Virus record (IMG/VR): IMGVR_UViG_3300028898_000252
Location: 29,946 to 93,945 of that record
Length of the DNA: 64,000 bases
Strand: one strand, 5' to 3'
Origin: a virus
Lineage: Duplodnaviria > Heunggongvirae > Uroviricota > Caudoviricetes
The translations under genes were made by a program, and so were the position numbers. Shown in pieces: positions 8,073 through 18,978 of this stretch (positions are counted from its first letter, which is position 1; each line of letters opens with the position of its first letter). Below the pieces are notes generated by a model, which saw nothing but the letters and a program-made list of their open reading frames with translations, did no database searches and was not told the DNA's origin.

Positions 8073-8663
8073 TTATTGGAAAAGAGAGGAATCAATATCA
8101 AGGTTTAATTCTTTTGAGTTTGCCTCGGCAATTCCAGCTCGAAGGGCAGTTAACTGCGCATTTTTATTTGCGGCGGTTTCAACAATGTCTTTTATTAACA
8201 TCGTACGTTTTGGCCACTCATATTGAGCATTTGTGGCTCCATAGTGAAGTCTTTGGCTATCATAAGGATCTTCTTCTTTTGAAGACTCAGCTTTCCAAAG
8301 TCCTTCCATTCTACCAACGCCACCAATCATTTTGACGGCACTCATCAGTGTCATTCTTTGTTCTTCTCCAAACAAGAAATAAGAAACGGTAATTTGTAAA
8401 TTATATTTGGCTTGGGCCTCTTGAAGAGCACAAATAGAGTTTTCGGTTTTGAGAATATCTTTTTCAATTTCCGAAGGCATTCTCCCTGTTTGGGAAGCTT
8501 TTCGGAAAAATGAGTTTCTGAACTCTCTTAAGAGAGGTTCTTTTCTTGCTTCCCAACGTTTGATAGCTTCTTTTAGTTGATATCCGTTAACTTTCATTTT
8601 TGGTTTCTCTTTCCTTGTCTCTTGCCCCTTCATTCTAAGCACCTGGGGAGTGGTGTCAACCAC
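8073..8663 (-). CDS. hypothetical protein
   Basis: 196-aa ORF, last gene of the minus-strand block. Confidence 0.5.
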   Translation of the reverse strand: MVDTTPQVLRMKGQETRKEKPKMKVNGYQLKEAIKRWEARKEPLLREFRNSFFRKASQTGRMPSEIEKDILKTENSICALQEAQAKYNLQITVSYFLFGEEQRMTLMSAVKMIGGVGRMEGLWKAESSKEEDPYDSQRLHYGATNAQYEWPKRTMLIKDIVETAANKNAQLTALRAGIAEANSKELNLDIDSSLFQ

Positions 8664-8726
8664 CTTTTTTCTTCTCGTTTGTTTTTGAATTAAAATGAAA
8701 TAATATTGTTTCTTGGTTGGAGTGAG

Positions 8727-9179
8727 TTACAGGTCTAACTTATATTTCTCTAAAGAAATTGAATTAAAAAGTTTTGATGGCTGTGTTTTGAAGTCTATTT
8801 GTAATCCACACATAAGAGTCAACTCTTTTCCTTGTTTTGCGGTGTCTGTTTGCCAATAGGTTACCATAACAGGAGAAAGGTTTTTGTTCCAGTGTTTTAT
8901 TGCCGCGATCCAAGTATCCACTGTCTCATTTTTCGATAGTGATTTTCCGTACATTGCCTCAAACAAACCATCTTCTATTTCGACAATAACATCAATGTCT
9001 CTTGGATTAAGAGAACTTAGAATACTTCCAACAAGATATATTTCTTGGTTGTAATATCTTGACCTGATAAATGTTAAGACTTGAACAAGTTTCTTGAGAG
9101 GAATAAAAGAAGATAGGTTTTCTTTTATTGTTGCCTCGCTCAAGGGTGCCCCGCGAGAGAAGCGGCGACAGAGACGCAC
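8727..9179 (-). CDS. minimal nucleotidyltransferase-fold protein (GS-x9-DxD motif)
   Basis: YLVGSILSSLNPRDIDVIVEIED matches the Pol-beta/MNT signature hG[GS]x9-13Dh[DE]h. The annotated N-terminus falls inside a GC-rich element, so the start is uncertain. Confidence 0.5.
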   Translation of the reverse strand: MRLCRRFSRGAPLSEATIKENLSSFIPLKKLVQVLTFIRSRYYNQEIYLVGSILSSLNPRDIDVIVEIEDGLFEAMYGKSLSKNETVDTWIAAIKHWNKNLSPVMVTYWQTDTAKQGKELTLMCGLQIDFKTQPSKLFNSISLEKYKLDL

Positions 9180-9270
9180 CGAGACACGCGGGAGGTTCCA
9201 GAATTATTCTCCAATTCGGGAGGCGGCAACGGTCCCGTGGCTCCGCCGTGTGTCTCCGAAGACTCGTAAA
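9140..9270. other. GC-rich structured element containing CCGCGAGAG and a gagacacgcgg/ccgtgtgtctc stem
   Basis: GC-rich sequence in an AT-rich genome. An 11-bp inverted repeat encloses a loop of about 50 nt. Overlapped by the ends of two ORFs in different frames. Confidence 0.5.
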
Positions 9271-9460
9271 CATATTCGGTTCTTACTTCAATAGGTAAAT
9301 TAAGAATCTTGGCCAAACACCTTTTGCAAACATCTTCGCAGTTGATCAATACAGATGGATTGGTTTTATCTCCTGATTTCATATGAAGATTTATATAACC
9401 GTTTTCTTCTGTGATTATACACCTGCATTTATCGCAGCTGTGTTGTTGGATTAGTGCCAT
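9140..9460 (-). CDS. Zn-ribbon protein (CxxC..CxxC) with a low-complexity C-terminal tail encoded by a GC-rich element
   Basis: SCDKCRC ... CEDVCKRC. The C-terminal 40 aa (GGATGPLPPPELENNSG...) are translated from the GC-rich inverted-repeat element at 9140-9270. Confidence 0.45.
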   Translation of the reverse strand: MALIQQHSCDKCRCIITEENGYINLHMKSGDKTNPSVLINCEDVCKRCLAKILNLPIEVRTEYVYESSETHGGATGPLPPPELENNSGTSRVSRCVSVAASLAGHP

Positions 9461-9464
9461 TGTT

Positions 9465-9899
9465 TTACTCCTTTTTGGTAGATACTGTATCTGTTAGATT
9501 CAAATAAGAAATAAAATTTTCAAGATTTGAAAAAGTAACATATAGATAAAAAATTCCGCCTTCACCTAAAAGTTGAAACTCAACAAAATCCGCAATATCT
9601 GAAATTCTATGATTTAAAATAAGATTAGATTCTTTTACCGAGAATCCTATATTCCTTATATGTTTTAAACTAAAAACACTTGTGCAAGATAACCGTATGT
9701 TTGCCTCCGAAACCAATTCCCAATTTTTTAATTCTCTAATATCTTTGTCCCAAGCATGAATCGATCTTTTTTCAACAAAAAGATCGATATTAAAATCTAT
9801 AGATCCTTTTTCTAAAAGGGTTTTAATTATTTCTTCTGGTTGCTTTGCTGACTGTTTTGTTGTCATTTTGGTTAATCTTCTTTTCTGATTAAGTCCCAA
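9465..9899 (-). CDS. hypothetical protein
   Basis: 144-aa ORF. Confidence 0.5.
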   Translation of the reverse strand: MGLNQKRRLTKMTTKQSAKQPEEIIKTLLEKGSIDFNIDLFVEKRSIHAWDKDIRELKNWELVSEANIRLSCTSVFSLKHIRNIGFSVKESNLILNHRISDIADFVEFQLLGEGGIFYLYVTFSNLENFISYLNLTDTVSTKKE

Positions 9900-11356
9900 A
9901 TATGTTTAAATTCATTTTGTGAATAAGATGAAAGCCTATAACTTTTTCTTTCTGGTTCGTAAGAACTAGGGGCAACTGTTTCAGTTGTTGCATCCACATA
10001 AGCAGAATATTTTCCATCTTTAGTTGTCATTGTTTTGTTCCAGCAGTCAGCTCCAATAACTTCTTTAATTTCTTCTTCAAGATTTTTTGCAAATGTTGTA
10101 TCAATGTTTATTCCGCGATATGGAGTTCTAATTCTTTTTAAGTCACTGTAAGCGTAAAGATGGCAAAGAATTTCTAAAACGTCTTTATTAGATGCTTTAA
10201 CCAAAGATTTTGGTCCTCTTCCAGTGTCTTTATGTCCCAAGAAAGTTACTATTGGATTAAAAGGAAACTCATATAGTTGTTTTATCATTTCAGCAAGTTC
10301 TTGTTTTGAACAAGAACCAACAGGATGTTGCAAACATATTTTGTGGTGGATTGGTGAAATCGTTTCTCCGAGAGAGGTTATAAGATTTTGAATCTCAAGA
10401 ATATCTTTCTTGCTATCAACAGAAAAAGCAAAAGCGCCAACATGATCTTTAATCAGATTAGTTATTAATGGATTTTTTAAAATACTATAATTTTTAGTAG
10501 TAAAGTTTACGGTAAGACCAAGAGAATCATAATACTTTATTATGTCAATAAAATTTGGATGAAGTGTTGGCTCGCCCCCTCCAACCGCAACTTCTAAAAC
10601 TCCAGAATTAAACAGAACTTGTCCAATTTTTTTTATCGTTTCAAATGAAGCGTGTTTTCCTTTTTTTGTTGAATCTTGATAACAATAAGAGCAATCAAAA
10701 GGACAGTAATCAGTAATTTTTAAGTCTACCAATTCTGGTTTTGGTGATGAATTTGGAAGCTCTCCGTTGGAGAACTTTATTTTCATTTTAACTCCAGATT
10801 TTTTATCAAAAATAAGAAAATAATCTCCTGTTTCAAAATATTTTCCAATATAGCCTTCTCCCTTTGGATACTTTTCCAGAAAATATTTTTGATTCCAAAG
10901 CCTAGGGAAAGGAATATTAGCGTTAAAACTTTCTAAATCTGGTGGAGGATTAATTTGAGAAGGTTCGTTATCGTTGCCTCCGTAAATTGCTATGTTTGGA
11001 TTTGAAATCCAATCCACCATTTTTTGAAACCAAACTGGGTGTGGTTCTGTGCCTGTTTCATTTGGAACAACAAACAAGCCCCAAACAGATTCATGATCAA
11101 TATTTCTACCACCAAAATCCCCAGAAAGTTCATGCAACCCATTCCAAGATGAAGCAATTTGTGATTTTAAGTAATCTACTTTTGCCTCTTTTGAAACAAG
11201 TTGAAAGTCTTCCCAATTATAATTTCTCCGACAGGGATTTATATCTTTTAAGAAAGATATGTCTTTATCAAATAAAAGAACTGAGTGAGAACTTGAACTG
11301 TTTGTTGCAAAACCTTCTCGATAGAAGAGAATTCTTGGAGTTGGATTGAATGTCAT
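9872..11356 (-). CDS. radical SAM domain protein
   Basis: CPFDCSYC (CxxxCxxC) followed by AVGGGEPTL. A large N-terminal extension of about 200 aa precedes the domain. Confidence 0.75.
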   Translation of the reverse strand: MTFNPTPRILFYREGFATNSSSSHSVLLFDKDISFLKDINPCRRNYNWEDFQLVSKEAKVDYLKSQIASSWNGLHELSGDFGGRNIDHESVWGLFVVPNETGTEPHPVWFQKMVDWISNPNIAIYGGNDNEPSQINPPPDLESFNANIPFPRLWNQKYFLEKYPKGEGYIGKYFETGDYFLIFDKKSGVKMKIKFSNGELPNSSPKPELVDLKITDYCPFDCSYCYQDSTKKGKHASFETIKKIGQVLFNSGVLEVAVGGGEPTLHPNFIDIIKYYDSLGLTVNFTTKNYSILKNPLITNLIKDHVGAFAFSVDSKKDILEIQNLITSLGETISPIHHKICLQHPVGSCSKQELAEMIKQLYEFPFNPIVTFLGHKDTGRGPKSLVKASNKDVLEILCHLYAYSDLKRIRTPYRGINIDTTFAKNLEEEIKEVIGADCWNKTMTTKDGKYSAYVDATTETVAPSSYEPERKSYRLSSYSQNEFKHIWDLIRKED

Positions 11357-11383
11357 TTTTCTTTCTTTCTCTTTTTAGATTTA

Positions 11384-11884
11384 TCAAAAGGAAGTTGCGG
11401 TTTTTGGAGACTTGGTTTTTATAATTTTAAAATTTGTTCTATCAAGATAAACAAGGATTTCGGGATCACTTTCTTTTTGATAAACTTTATTTAAATTTCT
11501 TTTTTTAAAGAAACTCAAGACCCTTGCACGAAAAGAACGTTTTGGTTTTAAAGCTTCGAATTTTAAATAATTTATATATTCATACGAAACATGATAATAG
11601 CCGCTTTTGCCGCGATTATACAATGTAAATAGATTGCCGTCCCCCTCATGCGGTTTTGAATAAACCACATAGAACAAATCTGTTTCTACAACCAAGTCTT
11701 CTCCACATCTTTCGCACATACACAAAATGAAAGGCGTATAATAATCTTCGAATTCTAAAGGCATAACATAAACAAGTTTAGGGTGTTTGATTGCTAGTTT
11801 GCACCCAAACAGTCTACACGCTAAAGGTTTTTTAGGTTGGCTAGAAACCATCACCAAATCTTTTGACTGATTATCTCTATACAT
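11384..11884 (-). CDS. hypothetical Cys-containing protein
   Basis: 166-aa ORF with paired cysteines (CRLFGC, CMCERC). Confidence 0.5.
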   Translation of the reverse strand: MYRDNQSKDLVMVSSQPKKPLACRLFGCKLAIKHPKLVYVMPLEFEDYYTPFILCMCERCGEDLVVETDLFYVVYSKPHEGDGNLFTLYNRGKSGYYHVSYEYINYLKFEALKPKRSFRARVLSFFKKRNLNKVYQKESDPEILVYLDRTNFKIIKTKSPKTATSF

Positions 11885-11974
11885 GGAAAGCCTTCTGTTG
11901 GTACAAACAAAAAAACTTAACCTCTCGAATAAAGAAGTTAAGTCTTAATTTTAAGACCTTTAAGAAGAAATTAT

Positions 11975-12871
11975 TTATTCTTCTTCGTCTTCATCGTAAT
12001 CACATTCATCATCTTCTTCGTCACAATCACAAAGAAGTCTGCCCTCTGATTCGCTATATTCAAAAATACCATCACATTCTGGGCAATACTCTTCTTTGGT
12101 TTCTTTTTCTGGTTCTGGGCCAGAGGCCATAATTCTTTCACCGTCGGCGAGAAGTTTTTCTTGTCTTGGTGCCGTGATTACTTTTACAACCTTGTATCTA
12201 CAGGTTCTCATTTTACCTTGGTTGTAATCAATTGGCACAGCGACAACATCGGCGGGATCTACTTCTACCTCAACCATATGCCCTTCGCCGCCATAAAATG
12301 AACTATTGGCATAATTCCAGTTTGCCACATGCAAACCAGAAGAACAAGTTTGTGTTGGATCTTCGTCAACTCGTTCTCTTGGCATTTCAAGAACTTTTCC
12401 AGGACTGTTATCAAATGTTCCGCTGTGGTAATCTTTAAAGTCTGTTCTTATTTTTTTATAGGCAATAAAATTGCCGTCTTTTGTAATTGGATGTTTGTTG
12501 GCATCCAAGAAACCAAACAGCTGATCAATTGAAGATACAGATGGGTTTTTGCGAAGTTTGCGGCAAAAGTTTATGAGCGGTGTTATTTCAATTTTTGCAT
12601 TAATAAACTCAAGAAACTTTTGTCCAAGAGAACCGTGAATTTCTTTTCCATCAAGGAAAACTTGGCCATCAACCAAATCAAGCATTCCTTCTGATTTGGT
12701 TTTCATGAAATGGGCAATGCTTACAGCATCTCTAATTGCTGCTTCATTTTTATCTTGTAAAGCTTGCGAAAGGACAGGATACATTCCGTCCGTGTTTAAT
12801 ACGATAAATGGATTTCCGTCTATGTTGACGTTAATGGAACTTTTCGACTTGGTATATGTTATGTTATTCAT
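11975..12871 (-). CDS. hypothetical protein with an acidic, Cys-studded C-terminal tail
   Basis: 298 aa. C-terminus CPECDG...CDCDEEDDECDYDEDEEE. Confidence 0.55.
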   Translation of the reverse strand: MNNITYTKSKSSINVNIDGNPFIVLNTDGMYPVLSQALQDKNEAAIRDAVSIAHFMKTKSEGMLDLVDGQVFLDGKEIHGSLGQKFLEFINAKIEITPLINFCRKLRKNPSVSSIDQLFGFLDANKHPITKDGNFIAYKKIRTDFKDYHSGTFDNSPGKVLEMPRERVDEDPTQTCSSGLHVANWNYANSSFYGGEGHMVEVEVDPADVVAVPIDYNQGKMRTCRYKVVKVITAPRQEKLLADGERIMASGPEPEKETKEEYCPECDGIFEYSESEGRLLCDCDEEDDECDYDEDEEE

Positions 12872-12876
12872 TTTGT

Positions 12877-15117
12877 TTACATCCTACTTAGAATTTTGGG
12901 GCGAACAGGATTTAAATAACCACTTAATTTAATAGAGTCAACTAAGTTAATCAACTCTAACAGTTCAGGTATTCCTCTATAACTACTGCTTCCAGTTTTT
13001 AAAAAAGGAACATTGTACCATTCATCAAATTGTTTTTTAAGTCCAATAATTTTAGAAATCCTGTCTTTAAACTGTGGATCGCCGTAATCTGGTTCTCTGT
13101 CATATTTGTATAAAGCAGCCAAGAGTCTTACTTTTCTAGAAGCTTCAATTTCTTTGTCTTTTAATTCATTTAATTGTTTGAAATATTCTTTTACAAAAGG
13201 TGGAGATTTCGAAAGATATAAAGTTTGTATCTCTTCGTCTATAAGACACCCAAGTCCCGATCTGTTTGTCGAATAACTTGACCCAATATAAGATGGTGTT
13301 AAACGGAGAGAAGACATTTCTTCTCCATATGTTCTTTTAGCAGAAGAGGCATACAACAGATATTGTTTCCATTCGTCTGGAGTATGTTTTTCATACTCTC
13401 CCTGAATAAGTTCTTCTACATGGATTGCCCCTTCTTCTGCCATTAACTCTTCAATTTTTTCTCTTGAGACTTGAGAGGTCTTAAATCCATATATATTATA
13501 TCCAGTGGATGCTCTTAAAAATTCTAGGTCTCCTACTCCGTAATTGAATTTATCAGCATCTTTTCTTTCGGGATGTTTTTCATCGTTAAGAAACACATAC
13601 GCTTTCTTGCCTTTATCTTCGTCAAACACCGCAAGAGAGGATCTTGTGAAAGCTTTGTCTGGCATTGAAAACCCAGACCAGTCACAAGTTTCTTCTGTAA
13701 AGTTTGGAAACCAACAAAGTTTGAAAAACAGGGTTTTTGTAAGAGCTTGTTTTCTTTCTTTAGCATCTAGGAATTTGTAATAGTCTTCGAGTTTATGTGC
13801 CCCGATTTCTTTAAGATACAGTTCTTTTTTCTTCTCTGGCGCAACTGCCCTTGTATTAATCAAACAAATCTTGTTATACATACTTGATGTAATCTTAAGT
13901 TTTTCAAGCATTATAAGCATTGCTTTTTCGACAGTTTTGTTAAACTCTCGTTCAGTTTCAACATATAAAACTTTGGATTCGATCCTGTATGCCGTATCAT
14001 TTCCCTTGGTCATCTTTGTAACATATGGAACACTATAGCAACAGCTGTAAGCTCCATAGGTTGATAACTTGACATATTGTTCTATTAATGGTGTTCCTTT
14101 CCAAGAAAAATTAGATTTATCTAAATAAATGCTAAGTTTATTTTTAATTGAATCAAAGTTGATTACCGCATCAGCGTATGATTCTTGCTTGTCGACTTCG
14201 GTTTGAAGTATTTTTTTAACTTCATCTTCGTAGTTTTTAAGAATTGCTAATATTTTCTTTTTGTTCGCATCGCTTTGTTTTAGAGTTTCTCTGTTTGGAG
14301 AGACTTCAAGTTCTCCAGTTTTGAACTCCATATAAAGATTACAGTTTCCAATTTTAACTAAGTTAAAATCAACCATTGTTTCTTGAATTGGATATTCAAT
14401 TTCATCTAATACTGCATACAAACTTTTTCTGTTATGCGGTTCGATAAACCATCTCGTTCCAGACAATAATGGTTTTACTTTTCTTTGATCAACAGAATTA
14501 AATGCGCTAATATTTTTAAAGGTTGGAGGATTTTTCCAGTGTCTTACCACAGAAGTAGATTCTTTGTGAAACTGATCTATGTCTTTGTTCTTAACTGGAA
14601 CAACTATCTCGGTTCCGTTTTTTTCTGTTGTTGGTTGCTCCGACATTAACTGTAAAATGCCACGTTCGGTTTCGTCTATGATTGCGCAGTAACTTCTTTT
14701 GATTCCATCAATAAAAGTATTGATTATGAAAGAATCTGAATAACCAAACGCAGACTTTGCTCCCAAGCCAAAACCACCTGTTTCAGTATTTGATCCACGT
14801 TTTGTGGAATTGCCATACTGAATAAAAACATTTGACATACGTTCAGGTGAAATTCCTGGGCCGTAATCCCTACATTTCCAGTGCAGGTCGTAAGCAGTTG
14901 GTAATGTAACCAACACCTTAGTTTGTGGCGAGTTAACTTCTCTGTGTGCGTCGCGGGCATTACAAATATACTCTTGAGCAATTGTCCGAATAATATTTGA
15001 ATATAGTTGCCCTCTTAAAAGAGTAAGAACGAAACCAACATCCCCAATGTCGAATTTTTCTTCTTTTTTTACTCCAAAGCTTTCTAGGTTATGATCTTTT
15101 GTCTCAGCAATCTTCAT
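12877..15117 (-). CDS. GHKL-family ATPase (Hsp90/MORC/histidine-kinase-like ATP-binding fold)
   Basis: N-box EYICNARDAH. G1 box DYGPGIS. G2 box ETGGFGLGAKSAFGYS, close to Hsp90 GxFGVGFYSAF. 746 aa. Confidence 0.7.
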   Translation of the reverse strand: MKIAETKDHNLESFGVKKEEKFDIGDVGFVLTLLRGQLYSNIIRTIAQEYICNARDAHREVNSPQTKVLVTLPTAYDLHWKCRDYGPGISPERMSNVFIQYGNSTKRGSNTETGGFGLGAKSAFGYSDSFIINTFIDGIKRSYCAIIDETERGILQLMSEQPTTEKNGTEIVVPVKNKDIDQFHKESTSVVRHWKNPPTFKNISAFNSVDQRKVKPLLSGTRWFIEPHNRKSLYAVLDEIEYPIQETMVDFNLVKIGNCNLYMEFKTGELEVSPNRETLKQSDANKKKILAILKNYEDEVKKILQTEVDKQESYADAVINFDSIKNKLSIYLDKSNFSWKGTPLIEQYVKLSTYGAYSCCYSVPYVTKMTKGNDTAYRIESKVLYVETEREFNKTVEKAMLIMLEKLKITSSMYNKICLINTRAVAPEKKKELYLKEIGAHKLEDYYKFLDAKERKQALTKTLFFKLCWFPNFTEETCDWSGFSMPDKAFTRSSLAVFDEDKGKKAYVFLNDEKHPERKDADKFNYGVGDLEFLRASTGYNIYGFKTSQVSREKIEELMAEEGAIHVEELIQGEYEKHTPDEWKQYLLYASSAKRTYGEEMSSLRLTPSYIGSSYSTNRSGLGCLIDEEIQTLYLSKSPPFVKEYFKQLNELKDKEIEASRKVRLLAALYKYDREPDYGDPQFKDRISKIIGLKKQFDEWYNVPFLKTGSSSYRGIPELLELINLVDSIKLSGYLNPVRPKILSRM

Positions 15118-15213
15118 CTACTATAGCCTTTTATTCTCTCGATACAGCTCAACTGTAACGCTGGCCCTTTAAGTCGTAAAGGGCCATTAACAATTGAAAT
15201 GAGATTATATTAA

Positions 15214-16164
15214 TTACATACTTGATAGGTCGCCAGGATCTTTCCAACAATCTATATCAAGATAAGCAGTAAAATAATCCACCAAGTCTCCAGTATGAAG
15301 GTCTTCTTTTCTCATCCAAAGAAGAAAAGGCTCATCGAAAACAAGAGGATTTTCTTTTGGCCGAATTGATGTTGCGCATCTCGTTACAGCAACAGCCGCG
15401 GCACTTTTAGCTCTTGCACCATGTTCATTTAATTTAAACTTGGTTTGTTGCAGAGCTTGCGACAAACACATTTCTTCTTCTTTCTCAGAAGAATTCAGTT
15501 TTGCCATAAATGACATTCCAAGCAAATAAGATAGATCTGATTCATAGTTTAGATCAATTTTTGGAATTGTTACAGAAGAATAGTTTTGGTATTCTTTTCT
15601 TTTTACGTTAAACATTTCTTCCGCAGAGATTTCTCTCAAGGTTTTAATTTGTTCTGCCGTGAATGGACCTTTTGCAAGGTACATGCTATCCACAAATTTA
15701 TCATTTTTTTGTTTAAGATCAATTCGAGCATAAATTATATCATCAACGAGAAACGTATCGAAAGAATTTGAAATTTTAATTGAGGGATAAGAAGTAACTT
15801 TGCCTTCTTTTGCAACGATCATGTTGGTCGATTGTGCTTTTTCAACCCATTCAACTAATATATCCATAATAGCAGCGGCACCAAAATCTGTTGGATTTTC
15901 AAATTTATCCAACTTGATATCAAATCCATTATCTGATAAAAACTTGTTTATTTCTTCGTGAGAAAACGAGGCAACACATCTCATTTCTTTTTCAGAAAAG
16001 AAATTCAAGTAACCATTTGTAATATATGGTTTATAAATTCCATTTAAGAACTTTCTTTGCTCTGGAATGATATGTTTCCAGGGAGATGTTGCTTTTCCTG
16101 TAAACTCAATTGCAGATTTTAATGCCGCGACAACAGGCGGCATCACAGACACAGATGAACTCAT
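15214..16164 (-). CDS. hypothetical protein
   Basis: 316-aa ORF. Its start overlaps the stop of the upstream gene by 4 nt. Confidence 0.55.
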   Translation of the reverse strand: MSSSVSVMPPVVAALKSAIEFTGKATSPWKHIIPEQRKFLNGIYKPYITNGYLNFFSEKEMRCVASFSHEEINKFLSDNGFDIKLDKFENPTDFGAAAIMDILVEWVEKAQSTNMIVAKEGKVTSYPSIKISNSFDTFLVDDIIYARIDLKQKNDKFVDSMYLAKGPFTAEQIKTLREISAEEMFNVKRKEYQNYSSVTIPKIDLNYESDLSYLLGMSFMAKLNSSEKEEEMCLSQALQQTKFKLNEHGARAKSAAAVAVTRCATSIRPKENPLVFDEPFLLWMRKEDLHTGDLVDYFTAYLDIDCWKDPGDLSSM

Positions 16165-16886
16165 TTTCTTTGTTTGCCTTTCTTGCGATTTTTATTGGAT
16201 TTAACTGCTACCATTCCAAATGGTAGCTTCGGAGCTTCTTTTATTTTTTTAAATTTATCAAACTCGGCAATTACAACTTTTTCAAGAGGGTTTAAAAACT
16301 CTGTTGAGTAAAACCAAACATTTAAATCATTTGCAATTTCTTTAGTTTTTGGACCAAGCTTTTCAAGCTCATAGATCGAAAGTGGATCTATTACATGTTT
16401 TAAACGTAAGTTTTTGTAATTTTCTGGTGGTTTAACTCTACGATAACAGCCAACATCCTTTAAAACATATTTCAAAATTATTTCTTTAATTTTTTCTAGT
16501 TGTGTATAATTTGTAAAAAGAATTTCAAATTCATGACAAATATTAACAAAAGCATTTTGCTGGTTATGTTCATTAACATCAAAATCCTCTTCAACAATAT
16601 CAAGACTAACGGATAGTTTATTTACTGCTTTTTCAATTATCTCTACTAGTTCTGTAGGGTATCCAATAATATTGTCAGACAAAGAATAATATTCAATGGA
16701 AATATAAGGGAAATAGGGATCTATCGCCCTTGCTAGAGGCTCAGCCTTTGCCGCCTCTTCTATTTTCTTAAGTTCTTCTTTAATTTTCTTTTCTAAAGAT
16801 TCTTGTGTTTTTGCCGCGATTTCTTTGCCATTTGGCAACATAGCAGTATATGTTTTTACTATCGTTTCTTTTGTGTTTATTTGCAT
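16161..16886 (-). CDS. hypothetical protein with a K/R-rich C-terminus
   Basis: 241 aa. Ends KSNKNRKKGKQRK. Confidence 0.55.
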   Translation of the reverse strand: MQINTKETIVKTYTAMLPNGKEIAAKTQESLEKKIKEELKKIEEAAKAEPLARAIDPYFPYISIEYYSLSDNIIGYPTELVEIIEKAVNKLSVSLDIVEEDFDVNEHNQQNAFVNICHEFEILFTNYTQLEKIKEIILKYVLKDVGCYRRVKPPENYKNLRLKHVIDPLSIYELEKLGPKTKEIANDLNVWFYSTEFLNPLEKVVIAEFDKFKKIKEAPKLPFGMVAVKSNKNRKKGKQRK

Positions 16887-16908
16887 AACAGCTACTCTAT
16901 TATTTTGA

Positions 16909-18978
16909 TTAAGGAATCAATTCTTGAAGATTGTTTTGTCCAACAAGTTTAACATCTTTTAAGTTTTCTGTTTCAATTGAATCGGAATAAACAAACAATT
17001 CTTGTTGTGTCTCTTTGTTTTGTTTTTCTTTATACAATTCAATTATCTCTCCAATTTTAAAGAAATCTTTTTCAACAATTGATTTAACAAGAAGAGAAGC
17101 GTTCTTTGAATTCTTTTCAACCATTCCCATAAAACTAAAAGAATTTAATGAGAGGTGCATCCATTTAGCGACCCATTTATTTCCGCGGCGCATGAAAACA
17201 AGAGGCAACGAAAGTTGTGATTTTCCTTGCAGTTCAGATTTGAACTTAACAGTTTTTGGTTCGAATGCCAATCCTTTTTCGGATTGATTTCTTTCCATGA
17301 ACCCAAAGAAAACCTCTTTCGCTTCGTCAAACTTCTCTCCAGAAAACACATTAATCTGCGGAATGATATATTCCACATCGCTTGGGATTTGATTTAGTCT
17401 TATGTCGATAAATTCTGATGCACCATTAGGTGCCGATGTTATATCTCCGCTGTGTGTCGCATAAGAGTTTCCTAATCTTGTAAACGAGACTTGCGAGGCT
17501 AAGTTAAAATTCTTATCCAAGAAAATTGTTGATAAGTCGTAATCTGTTCTTATTTGGTTTTGATGCCAATAGATGAAAAATCTAAGGGTGTCAACATCTG
17601 ATATTGGTGTCTCTGATCCAATTGGTAGAATACCAATTCCTCTTGGTTTTAATTTATCAGATGTTGGTAGCGCCACAGTCTCAAGTTCTTTTGAAACCGT
17701 AATTTCTTTATAAGATTTAATTCTTGATTTAAGAACTTCTTTCAAATCTTTGATAACCGTTTCGACAGTGGAAGAATCAATTTTCTCAATTGAATTTTTC
17801 ATTTCAAAATAAGATTTGCCTTTTTTGTTTGTATAAATTTTCATTTTGCCGTTTCTGTTTCTCAAGTGTTGAATTAAAGAAATAATAATCTTGCTCGAAA
17901 AGGATTGATAAAACAATTGAAGTTCGGAAGGAGAAATGTCTTTGTTTTCTCTTAAAACTCTATCCAAGTTTCTTCCCAAAAGCGAAGGATATTCCTTAAA
18001 GAAAGAAAAAATATTTTCCTTGTCTTTTGATAATAACACAGCTTCAAGTTTCGAAGCTACAGTTTGAACTGTCTTCGTATCTCCCCTTATTTCATCAAAG
18101 AAAGTTTTTATAGTTTTGAATTTCGATTCGTGTGGGTGAATTTTTTCACCAATTCTTTTCCACTCTTCTCGATAAGAAAGAGCGTCGGCAATCGAGTTGG
18201 AATTTCTTTCCATTAAAGAATTTAATTCCTTAAATATTGTTTTTCTTAGTTTCCTTGGAAACTTCTTAAACTTTGTTTTTTCTGTTAGAGTAACATCCCC
18301 AGAATTCATCGCTACGACAAACCTTAACAAGTCTGTCGATGTTGAAAACATCATATCAAGACTTCTATCGTGTTTTATTTTGTTTAAAAGTGCTAAATTT
18401 TCTTTAATTGTTGGAGTAAATCCATTTATACTTTCATTAGGAATAAATTCTTCGTGACTTGAAATAAATTCAAGATCATTTGCAGACAAAGGAATAGATG
18501 ACTCTACGAGTTGTTTTGTTCTTAATAAAACTTCTTCTTTAAATGTTAAACCAAGATTTAGCATCTTGAAATATCGAGAATGGTTTTCAATAAACTCTTC
18601 TTTGTTTTTTTGATATTCCTCAAATGTATGAGTTACATTTTTTCCATAAAAACAAAACAGATTAAATAGTTCCATATCGGAAGGATGAAATCCTCCCTTT
18701 TCAAAATTTTGGAAGAATGGATTATAGTTTTTTGTAAGTCCAAGTTTTTCTAAAAGTTTGCTTAGTATAACGTCAAGTTGTTGAATTTCTTCTTTTGAAA
18801 GTTTCTCTGCCCAAAATGTTAACTCTGGAGAAAACGTCCACCCAAATGTCATAAACTTAGTTTGAAGTTGTGAACTTGTTTCTACACTAGAAACATTTCG
18901 TGGCTTAGCTAAGCCAAGCACATCTACAGGAAGTCTTTTTGTTTCTGCAACTAGATTTATAACTGTTTCGATTTTCAT
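16909..18978 (-). CDS. hypothetical large protein
   Basis: 689-aa ORF with no recognisable motif. Confidence 0.6.
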   Translation of the reverse strand: MKIETVINLVAETKRLPVDVLGLAKPRNVSSVETSSQLQTKFMTFGWTFSPELTFWAEKLSKEEIQQLDVILSKLLEKLGLTKNYNPFFQNFEKGGFHPSDMELFNLFCFYGKNVTHTFEEYQKNKEEFIENHSRYFKMLNLGLTFKEEVLLRTKQLVESSIPLSANDLEFISSHEEFIPNESINGFTPTIKENLALLNKIKHDRSLDMMFSTSTDLLRFVVAMNSGDVTLTEKTKFKKFPRKLRKTIFKELNSLMERNSNSIADALSYREEWKRIGEKIHPHESKFKTIKTFFDEIRGDTKTVQTVASKLEAVLLSKDKENIFSFFKEYPSLLGRNLDRVLRENKDISPSELQLFYQSFSSKIIISLIQHLRNRNGKMKIYTNKKGKSYFEMKNSIEKIDSSTVETVIKDLKEVLKSRIKSYKEITVSKELETVALPTSDKLKPRGIGILPIGSETPISDVDTLRFFIYWHQNQIRTDYDLSTIFLDKNFNLASQVSFTRLGNSYATHSGDITSAPNGASEFIDIRLNQIPSDVEYIIPQINVFSGEKFDEAKEVFFGFMERNQSEKGLAFEPKTVKFKSELQGKSQLSLPLVFMRRGNKWVAKWMHLSLNSFSFMGMVEKNSKNASLLVKSIVEKDFFKIGEIIELYKEKQNKETQQELFVYSDSIETENLKDVKLVGQNNLQELIP

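Noticed and set aside
9007-9294. ORFs 9007..9273 and 9094..9294 across the GC-rich element
   Set aside because: GC-rich sequence lacks stop codons in every frame. These ORFs have low-complexity translations and overlap two better-supported genes.
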